Counted from the first letter of the stretch, positions 1-9,154 are shown. The stretch is DNA of 64,000 nt from Chthoniobacterales bacterium (GCA_038239865.1 JBBSEI010000013.1:923-64922), one strand, 5' to 3'. Notes: generated by a model from the letters alone, not told the origin. Program-made: numbers and translations.

Positions 1-101
1 AGCGCGGGCATTCTTTTCACCGACCGACCGCAAGGGTGGCGACGCAGGCCATCCGGGATCAGCCCGCGTGCTCAAGAACACGGCCACGGCCATCTGCGAT
101 T

Positions 102-341
102 TCAGTGAGCGACCGTTTCCGGCAGGTCTTCAAGCTGCGTGATGTGAAGAATGGAGCAGCGGGCGACGTGTTCTGCGAAACCGTCGGCGTCGAGGTTCAA
201 GCCGACTTCGATCGTGCTCTTGGTGACCCAAGCCATGTCGGGATGCGTGATGTCCCGATGCGTGCCGTCGGACATGCAGATCCGGAAAGGCTTGAATGGC
301 TTGGCATCGAGAAGCTCGCGGATTTGTTTCGCAGTAATCAT
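102..341 (-). CDS. small hypothetical protein (79 aa)
   Basis: Last 79 codons of ORF 102..758(-), starting at the internal Met (MITAKQIRELLDAKPF...). The upstream part of that ORF is Arg/Ala-rich noise running through repeat copy A. No family recognised. Confidence 0.45.
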   Translation of the reverse strand: MITAKQIRELLDAKPFKPFRICMSDGTHRDITHPDMAWVTKSTIEVGLNLDADGFAEHVARCSILHITQLEDLPETVAH

Positions 342-460
342 GCGCTGAAAATATGGAACCCCTGCGCCGCATTCAACCGCGAAGTGGGCATGGCCCGCCG
401 TCGGCGGAATGGCTGATTCTGGGGGACGAGAGACGGACTGATTATTCGTTTCACGGAAGC

Positions 461-577
461 CGAGGGACGGACAAACTATCCGCCATTCCACGACAACTGC
501 CGCCCCGCGCGACAGCCGTTCATTTTCCCCCGGAAGAAGCCCTGCCCCTCGCCGCCGATGGCCGGCACGCCGAGGCA
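461..577. repeat. 117-bp direct repeat, copy A (upstream of vapBC)
   Basis: CGAGGGACGGACAAACTATCCGCCATTCCACGACAACTGCCGCCCCGCGCGACAGCCGTTCATTTTCCCC...CGCCGATGGCCGGCACGCCGAGGCA. About 60 of the first 65 nt and the last ~28 nt match copy B at 1331..1448, in the same orientation. Confidence 0.85.
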
Positions 578-654
578 GGAACGCGGGACGGGCTGGTTGC
601 CCGCAGCGAACCCCCGCTTGAGCTTTTTCCGCAGGCCGTGCTACGTTCCCAGCC

Positions 655-906
655 ATGAGTACCTTGACGGTCGAAATTCCCGATGAACTGGCGATCCGCC
701 TGGGGGATGCGAGCAGCCGGCTGCATGTGGTACCCTCGGAACTGGTAAGGACGCTCATCGAGAAGCATCTGCCCGGAGAGCGGCGCGCTGAGGAGAAGCG
801 CGCCGCGCTGGATGCCTTCCTCCGGGAGTGGAGCGGGGCCGGGAAGCGTGTGATGACGGACGAGACGATCCAGTCCGGCTACCTTGCCCGCAGGCTGGCC
901 AAGTAG
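655..906 (+). CDS. vapB: VapB-like antitoxin (ribbon-helix-helix-like)
   Basis: 83-aa ORF (MSTLTVEIPDELAIRLGDAS...) ending 5 nt before the PIN-domain gene. Size, position and the N-terminal beta-strand/helix pattern are typical of a type II antitoxin. Confidence 0.7.
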   Translation: MSTLTVEIPDELAIRLGDASSRLHVVPSELVRTLIEKHLPGERRAEEKRAALDAFLREWSGAGKRVMTDETIQSGYLARRLAK

Positions 907-910
907 CGAA

Positions 911-1324
911 ATGGTGGCGCTGCTCGACACGAATGTGGTGGTGGATGTCTTCCAGCACAGGCCGGGATGGGAGGCGGCGCAGCGGATTCTCGAATGGTGC
1001 CTGCCACCGGGACGCAGCGCGATGGTGACATGGCCGACCGTCGCAATCCTCGCCTACCTGCTGGAGTCGGAGGGCCATGCGCCGCAGGACATCGGAGCGA
1101 AGATGCATGTGCTGCTGAACTGGCTTTCGATTTGCGGTTCCGGCACGGAGACGCTGCGGCGCACGATTGAACTCCGGTTCGATGACTTTGAAGATGCGCT
1201 CCAGGCCGCCTTTGCCGAAGCCTGCGGGGCCAGTGTGATCGTGACGCGCAACCTGCGCGATTTCACCGCCTCGCCAGTGCCAGCGATGACGCCGGAGGAT
1301 TTCCTCCTCCGCTTTGCGCAATAG
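911..1324 (+). CDS. vapC: PIN-domain ribonuclease toxin VapC
   Basis: Starts at the ATG at 911 (MVALLDTNVVVD...). PIN acidic residues are present (LLDTN, DDFEDA) together with the C-terminal TRNLRDF motif. Confidence 0.85.
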   Translation: MVALLDTNVVVDVFQHRPGWEAAQRILEWCLPPGRSAMVTWPTVAILAYLLESEGHAPQDIGAKMHVLLNWLSICGSGTETLRRTIELRFDDFEDALQAAFAEACGASVIVTRNLRDFTASPVPAMTPEDFLLRFAQ

Positions 1325-1330
1325 AGCAGG

Positions 1331-1448
1331 CGAGGGAAGGACAAACTATCCGCCATTCCACGATAACTGCCGCCCCGCACGAGAGCCGTTCATTTCCCCC
1401 CCCAAAAAAAAACTGCACCTCCCCGCCGATGGCCGGCACGCCGAGGCA
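1331..1448. repeat. 117-bp direct repeat, copy B (downstream of vapBC)
   Basis: Same sequence family and orientation as 461..577. The central ~20 nt has diverged into a C/A homopolymer tract (CCCCCCCCAAAAAAAAA). Confidence 0.85.
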
Positions 1449-1606
1449 ATTCCCGCAGTGCGCGATGCCGCTCACCACTCCGACGAAGCGCGAGCGTTTC
1501 CACTGGTGCTGCGCCGTGTCGCTTCAGCGCGGGACGTGAGCTTTCGTCGGGAGCGGTGCTGCTTTTCCCGCCATACGTACGACATGGGGCGCATCCCGCG
1601 CGGACT

Positions 1607-2557
1607 TCAGGTCCAAATCCACCGCACGAGGTGGAAGAAGACGGGTGCGGCGAAGCAGATCGAATCAATGCGATCGAGCACGCCGCCGTGGCCGGGGATG
1701 AGTTCGCCGTAGTCCTTCACGCCGCGGTCGCGCTTGATCGCGCTCATCACGAGTCCGCCGAAGAATCCCATGACGACGATCACCGCCGAGAGTCCCGCGG
1801 CATGCAGCGGGGTGAAGGGCGTGCTCCACCAGAGCGCGGCACCGACGGCGACCGTGGAGAGTCCGCCGCCGACGAGACCTTCGATGGTTTTGTTCGGACT
1901 CAGTTTCGGCGCGATGGGGCGTCGGCCGCACAATTTTCCCCACACGTACTGGAGCACGTCCGAGAGCTGCGCGATGAGCACGAGGAAGAAAAGCAGGCGT
2001 GCATTTCCACCGCTCCCGCCGGGCATTCCGCGCACATCAAGGATGAGCAGCGCGGGCGCGTGGCTCACGCAATAGACGGCGATCATGAGGCCCCATTGCG
2101 TCTTCGCGGTGCGCTCGAGGAAGTGTTCGGTGTCGCCGGCGAGCGCATTCCGCATGGGGATGAAAAGGAACGCATAGACCGGGATGAGGATGACGAAGAG
2201 GCCGTACCACGCGATGGCGAGTGTCCAGTAGTGCAGCGGGAGGATGATGAAGAACGACCAGAACAGCGCGCGATGATCGGCGCGTCGCGTGGGCGTGAGG
2301 GTGATGAATTCGCGCAGCGCGAGAAATGAGAGCAGCGCAAACATGACCACGAGTGCGGTGCGCCCCATCGCGAGGGCGCTGCCGAAAAACAGGGCCATGA
2401 ACCACCAGGCGCGGGTGCGGGCGTTCAGGTTGTCCACCACGCGGCGCGCGCGTTCGCTCTGCACGCGGACTTTTAGAAACGCGCCGATGATGCTGGCCAC
2501 GACGAGCAGCGCGAGCACGCCGCCGAGGAGACAGAGGGTCTGACGATCGAGATTCAT
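1607..2557 (-). CDS. cdsA: phosphatidate cytidylyltransferase
   Basis: 316-aa polytopic membrane protein. C-terminal CTP-transferase signature SAIKRDRGVKDYGELIPGHGGVLDRIDS. Its start overlaps the plsC stop by 4 nt. Confidence 0.9.
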   Translation of the reverse strand: MNLDRQTLCLLGGVLALLVVASIIGAFLKVRVQSERARRVVDNLNARTRAWWFMALFFGSALAMGRTALVVMFALLSFLALREFITLTPTRRADHRALFWSFFIILPLHYWTLAIAWYGLFVILIPVYAFLFIPMRNALAGDTEHFLERTAKTQWGLMIAVYCVSHAPALLILDVRGMPGGSGGNARLLFFLVLIAQLSDVLQYVWGKLCGRRPIAPKLSPNKTIEGLVGGGLSTVAVGAALWWSTPFTPLHAAGLSAVIVVMGFFGGLVMSAIKRDRGVKDYGELIPGHGGVLDRIDSICFAAPVFFHLVRWIWT

Positions 2558-3156
2558 CGGGGGCGCAGGGCCAGCAGGGCTTCGCGGGCGCGGGTGAGGA
2601 ATTGCGGCTTGGCCTCGCCCGGCGCGAGCCGCAGCGGTTCGCCGAAGGTGACGGTGCAGAGCATCGGCACGGGGAGCACTTCGCCTTTCGGGAGGACGCG
2701 GTTGAGATTTTCGATGAAGACGGGCACGAGCGCGACTTGCGGCTGCGCCTTGGCGAGGTGGAAAAGTCCGGGCTTGAACGGATTCACTTCGCCGTCGGGG
2801 TTGCGCGTGCCCTCGGGGAAAATGATCAGCGAGTCGCCGTCGCGCAGCGCATCCAGCATGGGCACGAGCGGATTATTTTCCCGCGTGACGGCGTGCCGCT
2901 CAATGAAGACCGCGTGGAAGACGCGGCGCGCAAGCCATTCGCGGATGCCGCCTTTTTCCCAATAATCGCGCGCACCGACGGGGCGCGTCCTGCGCCGAAT
3001 TTCCGGAGGCATCACCGCCCACAGCAGGATGAGGTCGAGGTTGCTCGTGTGGTTGGCAAAATACACGCGCTGCTCGGCGACGGGCGCGCAGCCCTGCCAG
3101 CGTGTGCGCACGCCAGTGAGGAGACGGGTGAACGATGCGAGGAGCGAAGCCGTCAT
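2554..3156 (-). CDS. plsC: 1-acyl-sn-glycerol-3-phosphate acyltransferase
   Basis: Internal Met of ORF 2554..3636(-) (MTASLLASF...). Has the HxxxxD-type NHTSNLD box and the FPEGTR box. Shares an ATGA overlap with the upstream gene at 3153-3156. Confidence 0.85.
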   Translation of the reverse strand: MTASLLASFTRLLTGVRTRWQGCAPVAEQRVYFANHTSNLDLILLWAVMPPEIRRRTRPVGARDYWEKGGIREWLARRVFHAVFIERHAVTRENNPLVPMLDALRDGDSLIIFPEGTRNPDGEVNPFKPGLFHLAKAQPQVALVPVFIENLNRVLPKGEVLPVPMLCTVTFGEPLRLAPGEAKPQFLTRAREALLALRPR

Positions 3157-3803
3157 GATGAGCGCCGGTAGGTCCGCACGATGCGCCGTGCCGCTGTGAG
3201 CGCGGTGCCGGCGGCGATGAAGGCGAGCGTCCACGCGAGGATGTTGCCTGTGAAATGGCAGAGCGCGCCGGCGGCGGCGGCGAGCAGGCCGACGGTGAGG
3301 AAAAACATGCGCTGCGGCTTCGCGAGCGGGCCGCAAAAATCCTGGCCCTGGCCGAGCGAAGCGCCGAACGCGCGGAGGTACGCGGTGAACACGGCGAGCA
3401 GCGCGGCGACGAGGCCGAGCGTGAGATGGCCGCACGCGAGGCCGGCACCGGAGAGGAAAAGCGCGTCCTCGATGCGGTCCGGGATTTCGTTGAAAAGATC
3501 GCCGCCTTTCGATTTTCGTCCGCCCTCCACAGCGACGAGGCCGTCGATGATGTTGCACATGAGCCGGCCTTGCACGCAGCACGCGGCGATGATCAGACCG
3601 AGCCATGCGGCGATCCAGCCGCGGGTGACCATCCACAGGATCGTGAACGCGATCGCCGAGAGCACCACACCGAACATTGAGATGCCGTTCGGCGTGATTT
3701 TTGCCCGCACCAGCGCGGCGGAAAAGCGGCGCACCCAGGCATACGAACGCGACTTGAGCGGACGCCGGTCTGCGGCTGCGGGAGCGGTCGCAGGTTCTTC
3801 CAT
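3153..3803 (-). CDS. CDP-alcohol phosphatidyltransferase family protein
   Basis: Starts at MEEPATAP (ATG at 3803). Multi-TM protein with DGLVAVEGGRKSKGGDLFNEIPDRIED, a variant of the D-G-x2-A-R...D-x3-D signature. First gene of a three-gene lipid operon. Confidence 0.75.
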   Translation of the reverse strand: MEEPATAPAAADRRPLKSRSYAWVRRFSAALVRAKITPNGISMFGVVLSAIAFTILWMVTRGWIAAWLGLIIAACCVQGRLMCNIIDGLVAVEGGRKSKGGDLFNEIPDRIEDALFLSGAGLACGHLTLGLVAALLAVFTAYLRAFGASLGQGQDFCGPLAKPQRMFFLTVGLLAAAAGALCHFTGNILAWTLAFIAAGTALTAARRIVRTYRRSS

Positions 3804-3934
3804 TGGCGATGTCCTATCGCGCGCCGCTGGCGGGCACAAGCGCGTGCGCGGCGTGCGCAAAATTTTCCACCGCGAGGAATGTGCTCGGGCAATGCTTGCG
3901 TCGTGGCGCGCGGCGGGCGTTCATCGCGGGGACG

Positions 3935-5323
3935 ATGGACTCCGCCGAACTCGACCAGCGACATGTGTGGCATCCGTTCACGCAGATGCGCGAGTGGAAT
4001 GCGGGCGCGCCGCTGGTGATCGTGGAGGCGCAGGGCGCGGTGTTGCGCGATGCGGACGGGCGCGAGTATCTCGATGGGAATTCGTCGATCTGGACGAATC
4101 TGCACGGGCATCGCCGGGCGGAGATTGACGATGCGATCCGTGAGCAGCTCGGGCGGGTGGCGCACACGTCTTTTCTCGGGCTGACGAATGATGTCGCGCC
4201 GCGGTTTGCGCGCGAGCTGCTGCGCGCGTTCACGCAGAGCGATGCGCCGGAGGGGTGGCGCGTGTTTTTTTCCGACGATGGATCCACGGCGGTGGAGGCG
4301 GGACTGAAGATGATCCACCAGGCGCGGCAGCAGCGCGGGGAAAAATCGCGGCGCACCTTTTTGTCGCTCAGCGCGGGGTATCACGGCGACACGGTCGGCG
4401 CGATGAGCGTGGGGCACAGCGCGCTTTTTCACGGGACGTATCGCGGGCTGATGTTTGCGAGTCGCGAGGTGATGTCGCCGGCGTGCTACCGATGTCCGTT
4501 CAACCGTGCGGTGCCGTCGCGTGGCGGTGATGCGAGGACGACGCGCAAGTGCGAGTGGGAGTGCGTGGGCGAAGTCGCGAAGGCGCTGGACGAACTCGGC
4601 GACACGGCGAGTGCCTTCGTGATCGAGCCACGCGTGCAGGGTGCGGCGGGGATGACGATGCATCCGCACGGCTGGCTCGCGCGCGTCGCCGCGCTGTGCC
4701 GCGAGCGCGGCGTGTGGCTGATGCTCGACGAGGTGATGACGGGCTTTGGGCGGACGGGTGCGATGTTTGCATTTCAGCACGAAGGCGTGATGCCGGATGT
4801 GGTGGCGCTGGGGAAGGGGATCACCGGCGGCTACCTGCCGCTCGCGGCGACGGTGGCGAGCGCGGAGATTTTCGCGGCGTTCGATGGCGAGCATTCGGAG
4901 GGGCGCACATTTTTCCACGGGCACAGCTATAGCGGAAATCAGCTCGGCTGCGCGGCGGCGCTCGCGAGTCTGCGGCTGCTGGAGACGGTGCATCCGATGG
5001 CGCATGTGCGGTCGCGCGGGGAAAAGCTGCGCGCGCTGACGCAGCGTTTTTGGGAGCATCCGAATGTCGGCGAAGTGCGCTGCGAGGGGATGATCTGCGC
5101 GGTGGAGGTCGTGGAGGACTTTGCGAAGCGGCGGAGTTTTCCCGCCGAGAAACGGGTGGGCTTTCGCGTGAGCGAGGCGGCGCGGAAGCACGGGCTGATC
5201 ACGCGCTGCGTCGGCGATGTGCTCGTGCTGATGCCGCCATTTTGCACGACGGAGGAACAGCTTGCGCAGGCGGTGGAGGCACTGTGGCGAGGTCTCTGCG
5301 AGATGCTCCCGATCGATTCGTAG
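3935..5323 (+). CDS. bioA: adenosylmethionine-8-amino-7-oxononanoate aminotransferase
   Basis: Starts at MDSAELDQRHVWHPFTQM. Class-III aminotransferase motifs are present (SDDGSTAVEAGLKM, DEVMTGFGRTG, LGKGITGGYLPL). Confidence 0.85.
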   Translation: MDSAELDQRHVWHPFTQMREWNAGAPLVIVEAQGAVLRDADGREYLDGNSSIWTNLHGHRRAEIDDAIREQLGRVAHTSFLGLTNDVAPRFARELLRAFTQSDAPEGWRVFFSDDGSTAVEAGLKMIHQARQQRGEKSRRTFLSLSAGYHGDTVGAMSVGHSALFHGTYRGLMFASREVMSPACYRCPFNRAVPSRGGDARTTRKCEWECVGEVAKALDELGDTASAFVIEPRVQGAAGMTMHPHGWLARVAALCRERGVWLMLDEVMTGFGRTGAMFAFQHEGVMPDVVALGKGITGGYLPLAATVASAEIFAAFDGEHSEGRTFFHGHSYSGNQLGCAAALASLRLLETVHPMAHVRSRGEKLRALTQRFWEHPNVGEVRCEGMICAVEVVEDFAKRRSFPAEKRVGFRVSEAARKHGLITRCVGDVLVLMPPFCTTEEQLAQAVEALWRGLCEMLPIDS

Positions 5324-5394
5324 GCGAACTCGGCGGAGCGCGTTCACGGGCTTCCGGCTAGCCCTGCGATGATGCCTTCTTCGTCCGTTGCCGG

Positions 5395-5997
5395 TTACAG
5401 CAGCAGCTTCAAACCTGCGGTGACGAGCGCCTCCAGCGGCGCATCCGGCGTTTTCGCAGCGGCCTGTTTCACGGCTTTGTGTGCATCCACCTGTTTGTAG
5501 CCGAGTGCGATCAGGGCGAGCACGGCGTCGTTGATTTTTGTCTCCTCGGGCGAAGGTGCATGCGCTCCGCTCGCGGCTTCCCACGCGGCGGCGATGCCGA
5601 CTTTGTCCTTCAGCTCCACGATGATCCGTTCAGCCGTTTTTTTGCCGATGCCTTTCGTCCTCGAAAGTGCGGCCACATCGCCGGCCACGACGCACGCTTT
5701 GAAACTGGACACCGTGGTGCCGCTCAGCACGTCGAGCGCGGTCTTCGGGCCGATGCCGCTGACGTGGTTCACGAGCAGACGGAAGAGGTCGCGCTCGGCG
5801 GCGGACATGAAGCCATAGAGCACATGCGCGTCTTCGCGGATGGCGAGGTGCGTGAGGATTTTGAGTTGCGCGCCGGGGAGCGGGAGCTTGTCGTAGCTCG
5901 AAAGAGGAATGAGCACGTGATACCCAACGCCGCCGACATCGAGGACGAGATGCGTGGGGAGCGCTTCGACGAGAGTGCCGGTGAGGTGCGTGATCAT
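5395..5997 (-). CDS. ruvA: Holliday junction branch migration complex subunit RuvA
   Basis: MITHLTGTLVE...VLDVGGVGYHV...; helix-hairpin-helix repeats (GIGPKTAL, GIGKKTAERI); C-terminal domain ALIALGY. Confidence 0.9.
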   Translation of the reverse strand: MITHLTGTLVEALPTHLVLDVGGVGYHVLIPLSSYDKLPLPGAQLKILTHLAIREDAHVLYGFMSAAERDLFRLLVNHVSGIGPKTALDVLSGTTVSSFKACVVAGDVAALSRTKGIGKKTAERIIVELKDKVGIAAAWEAASGAHAPSPEETKINDAVLALIALGYKQVDAHKAVKQAAAKTPDAPLEALVTAGLKLLL

Positions 5998-6045
5998 GGC
6001 GCGAGCGGTAGCAGGCTGGCGCGGAATCGGGAAGGGATTCGCTTC

Positions 6046-6618
6046 GTGCTGACGGCGATCCTCCTGCTGCTCGCGAGCGCGGGAAAGGCGAACGACTGGT
6101 TCTTTCTCCCGGTGCCGCGCTTCATGCGGCACGAGGTTTCGTTTCCGCTCACCGGCGCGAAGAACACCGTGCTCGCGGCCGCGCGGCTTGGCGACGGCGG
6201 TGTGGAATTTGCGACGGTCGCGGCGTGGACGGCGGCCGCATTAAACGAGGACACCGTGCGAAAAGTGACAGCGCGATTCGCCTCCGAATGGTTGCGGCAC
6301 ACGAAGGTGGAACTCGTGCGGAATCGCAAAAACGTGGTCGAGTACGCCGTGCTGCGGTCGGACAAGCTGCCGGTGTGCGTGACGATTTTCGCGCCGGAAT
6401 TCCGGAGGCAGTTTGAAGACGTCTTCGGTCCGAAGGTCCTTGTCGTGATGCCAAACTGGCAGACGGTTCTTGTCTTTCCCGGCGTGTCGGGCGATCTGCC
6501 CGAATACTCCGCGATGATCCTCGAGGCGTGGAGGAGTGCGGCAGCGAAGGTGAGCCTCGAGGTCTTCGAACTCAGCGAAAGCGGACTGCGGGCGGTGGGC
6601 AGGATCGAGGAGCCGTAA
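6046..6618 (+). CDS. hypothetical secreted protein
   Basis: 3' part of ORF 5479..6618(+). The upstream part is antisense to ruvA. GTG at 6046 gives a signal-peptide-like N-terminus (LTAILLLLASAGKA). The ATG at 6124 is an alternative start. Confidence 0.5.
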   Translation: MLTAILLLLASAGKANDWFFLPVPRFMRHEVSFPLTGAKNTVLAAARLGDGGVEFATVAAWTAAALNEDTVRKVTARFASEWLRHTKVELVRNRKNVVEYAVLRSDKLPVCVTIFAPEFRRQFEDVFGPKVLVVMPNWQTVLVFPGVSGDLPEYSAMILEAWRSAAAKVSLEVFELSESGLRAVGRIEEP

Positions 6619-6883
6619 AAGCACGCGGCCCCGGCTTTCGAAAGTCGGAGCCAAAAATGGAAGCCGCGCGAAGGGGAGACACGCGGCGCATTTCCGGCGA
6701 CGTTTTCCAAATCACGGCTTCGAATCGTTGCGACGGCGTGACAGAAATATGGTGCGGATTTTGCAGCCCGGCCGAAGCCGTGCGTCGGAAGGCCTTCGGG
6801 GAAAATCCGATCGGGCGAACGGCCGAAACGCGCCCAAAAATTTCCCTCGTTTGGCAAGCGGCTTCTGCTAGGGTGACCTCCCT

Positions 6884-7198
6884 ATGTCTATCACGAAAAA
6901 GCCTGCATTCAGCCGCCGTCTTCCTGACTTGGTGACCGAAGAACTTGCAGCGGTGTTGTCGGGAAAAACTTCCTACGAATTCAAGGACCTTTTCGAAGTC
7001 GTCCACGAGAATCTCAAGGCGCGCAACGCGGCGAGCGGCGGGGAAGAGATGCTCCGCCTTCGCTCCTACGAGAAGCTCCAGGCGCTCGTCGGCCGCGGCA
7101 TGGTGAAAATCACCGTCGGCAAGGATGGCAAGAAAAGCTACAAAGGCCTCGCGAAACAATTGGCGACCTTGCAGACGAACGTCACGCCTGCGATGTAA
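6884..7198 (+). CDS. hypothetical protein (104 aa)
   Basis: ATG-initiated ORF with normal, non-Arg/Ala-biased composition, ending 6 nt upstream of nuoA. No family recognised. Confidence 0.55.
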   Translation: MSITKKPAFSRRLPDLVTEELAAVLSGKTSYEFKDLFEVVHENLKARNAASGGEEMLRLRSYEKLQALVGRGMVKITVGKDGKKSYKGLAKQLATLQTNVTPAM

Positions 7199-7204
7199 GG
7201 TGCG

Positions 7205-7579
7205 ATGAAGGACTTTCTGCCCATTTTGCTCCAAGTCGGGATCGTTCTCGGCTTCGGAGTGTCCGCCCTTTTGATCAGCGTGCTCCTCGGGAAAACCGGG
7301 AAGCGCACCGCGATGAAGGACTCGGCCTACGAGTGCGGCATGCTGCCGCAGGGCGCGGCGCAGCCTCGCTTCTCGGTAAAATTTTACCTCGTGGCGATGC
7401 TCTTCATCCTCTTCGATATCGAGGTGGTCTTCCTCTATCCGTGGGCGGTGAATTTCACCCACATGCTGAAGACTCACGGCACCACGATTTTCTGGAGCAT
7501 GGCCGGCTTCCTCTCGCTCGTGACGGTTGGTTACGTGTATGCGATCCGGAAGGGCGTGCTCGACTGGAAGCAAGGCTGA
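7205..7579 (+). CDS. nuoA: NADH-quinone oxidoreductase subunit A
   Basis: 124 aa with three TM helices. Has the conserved YECG...FSVKFYLVAMLFILFDIEVVFLYPWA block. Confidence 0.85.
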   Translation: MKDFLPILLQVGIVLGFGVSALLISVLLGKTGKRTAMKDSAYECGMLPQGAAQPRFSVKFYLVAMLFILFDIEVVFLYPWAVNFTHMLKTHGTTIFWSMAGFLSLVTVGYVYAIRKGVLDWKQG

Positions 7580-7645
7580 GGCGGAAATCCCGATGCCAAG
7601 ACTTCGACCCTGCGCGCCCTGCGGTAACGCCGGGTCCTTTCTTTT

Positions 7646-7963
7646 ATGATCCATCACGTCGCGCTCTTTCAGGTGCTCCCTCATGTGGACGAGGCGAAGC
7701 TCGACCAAATGATGATCAGCGCCCGCATGAGCCTCGTGAAAATCCCCGAGGTCGCGGGCGTCCGTTCCGGGAAAAATGTGGACGCGAGTTCGGCGTGGCA
7801 CTTCTTTTTCGCCATTGATGTGGACAATCTCGAGCGGCTGAAACTCGTCCGTGAGGACTCGATCTACATCAAGTTCCTCGCCGATGTGATCTCGCCAAAC
7901 GTCACCGAGCAGTTCGTCGCCGATTTTGAATTGGAGCCGGGCCGGAGCATCACGCTCTCGTAG
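7646..7963 (+). CDS. Dabb (stress-responsive alpha/beta-barrel) family protein
   Basis: 105 aa. MIHHVALFQV...IPEV...G.N...WHFFFAIDVDNLERL pattern typical of Dabb domains. Confidence 0.7.
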   Translation: MIHHVALFQVLPHVDEAKLDQMMISARMSLVKIPEVAGVRSGKNVDASSAWHFFFAIDVDNLERLKLVREDSIYIKFLADVISPNVTEQFVADFELEPGRSITLS

Positions 7964-8020
7964 CGCGCCATTTTGAAAACCGCCTCGACGCGCGCGCCGC
8001 GTGATCCGCATGGTGCGGCC

Positions 8021-9154
8021 ATGCAGGTTCCGCTCCTCGATCTCCGCGCACAGTACGTCCCGCTCAAGGCCCGCATCATGGCCGAAATCGAGGCGGTCTG
8101 CGACAGTCAGGCGCTCGTCCTCGGGCCGAAGACGGAGGCTTTTGAAAATGCCGTCGCCGCGTATTGCGGAGCGAAACACTGCATCGGCGTCTCCTCCGGC
8201 ACGGATGCGCAACTCGTCCTCCTCATGGCGCTCGGCATCGGCCCCGGCGATGTGGTCATCACCACGCCGTACACATTTTTCGCGACGGCCGGCTGCGTGA
8301 GCCGCCTCGGCGCGCGTCCGGTGTTCGTGGATATCGAGCCCGCGACTTTCAACATTTCCCCCGCCGCGCTCGAAGAGGCGCTGCGGAAAAATCCCACCGC
8401 GAAAGCCATCATCCCCGTCCACCTTTTCGGCTGCTGCGCGGACATGGCGGCGATCGTCGCCCTCGGAAAAAAGTACGGCGTCCCCGTGCTGGAAGACGCC
8501 GCGCAGGCGCTCGGCGCGCGGCATCCGCTCGGCGGCGCGGGCGCGATCGGCGAGGCGGGATGGTTCTCATTTTATCCGACGAAAAACCTCGGTGCCTTCG
8601 GCGACGCCGGCATGGTCACGTGCGCGGACGACGCGCTCGCGGCGAAGATCCGCGCGCTGCGCAATCACGGCATGGAGCCGCGCTATTTCCACAAATGGAT
8701 CGGCGGCAATTTCCGCATTGATGCGATTCAGAGCGCCGTGCTCTCCGTGAAACTTCCGCACCTCGACGCGTGGGGTGCCGCCAGGCGCGCGAATGCGATG
8801 CGGTACCGCGATTCGTTCGCGGCGCGCGGGCTCGACCAAGTGCTCGGTCTGCCCGTCGAACCGTGGGCCGGCACGGGCACCGAGCATCACCACATCTATA
8901 ACCAGTTCATCATCCGCTCGCCGCGCCGCGACGCGTTGAAGAAGCACATCAACGATGCCGGAATCAGCTCGGAGATTTACTATCCGCTGCCGCTGCACCT
9001 GCAGGAATGCTTCCGCGATCTCGGCTGGCGCGAAGGCGATTTTCCGGAGAGCGAGCGAGCGTCGCGTGAGTCCCTCGCGCTGCCGGTTTATCCGGAACTC
9101 TCGGGCGAGCAGTTGGACTACGTCGTCGAGAAGATCGCGGAGTTTCACAGCTAG
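8021..9154 (+). CDS. DegT/DnrJ/EryC1/StrS family aminotransferase
   Basis: Starts at MQVPLLDLRAQY. Has SSGTDAQ, the PLP-lysine block FSFYPTKNLGAFGDAGM, and the HKWIGGNFRIDAIQ block. Confidence 0.85.
   Translation: MQVPLLDLRAQYVPLKARIMAEIEAVCDSQALVLGPKTEAFENAVAAYCGAKHCIGVSSGTDAQLVLLMALGIGPGDVVITTPYTFFATAGCVSRLGARPVFVDIEPATFNISPAALEEALRKNPTAKAIIPVHLFGCCADMAAIVALGKKYGVPVLEDAAQALGARHPLGGAGAIGEAGWFSFYPTKNLGAFGDAGMVTCADDALAAKIRALRNHGMEPRYFHKWIGGNFRIDAIQSAVLSVKLPHLDAWGAARRANAMRYRDSFAARGLDQVLGLPVEPWAGTGTEHHHIYNQFIIRSPRRDALKKHINDAGISSEIYYPLPLHLQECFRDLGWREGDFPESERASRESLALPVYPELSGEQLDYVVEKIAEFHS

Noticed and set aside
3593-5584. 663-aa ORF on the minus strand
   Set aside because: It lies antisense to bioA and ruvA-proximal sequence. 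Its extremely Arg/Ala/His-rich composition is typical of out-of-frame or antisense reading of high-GC coding DNA. bioA on the plus strand has clear family motifs.
6851-6868. TGGCAAGCGGCTTCTGCT, superficially like a sigma-54 -24/-12 promoter, upstream of the 6884 ORF
   Set aside because: The GG-to-GC spacing is two nt too long and the -12 region reads TTCTGC rather than TTGC. No rpoN or enhancer-binding protein gene is in the window.
6572-8524. 650-aa ORF on the minus strand
   Set aside because: It runs antisense across four well-supported plus-strand genes (the 6884 ORF, nuoA, Dabb, the DegT-type gene). Composition is Arg/Glu/His-rich noise.
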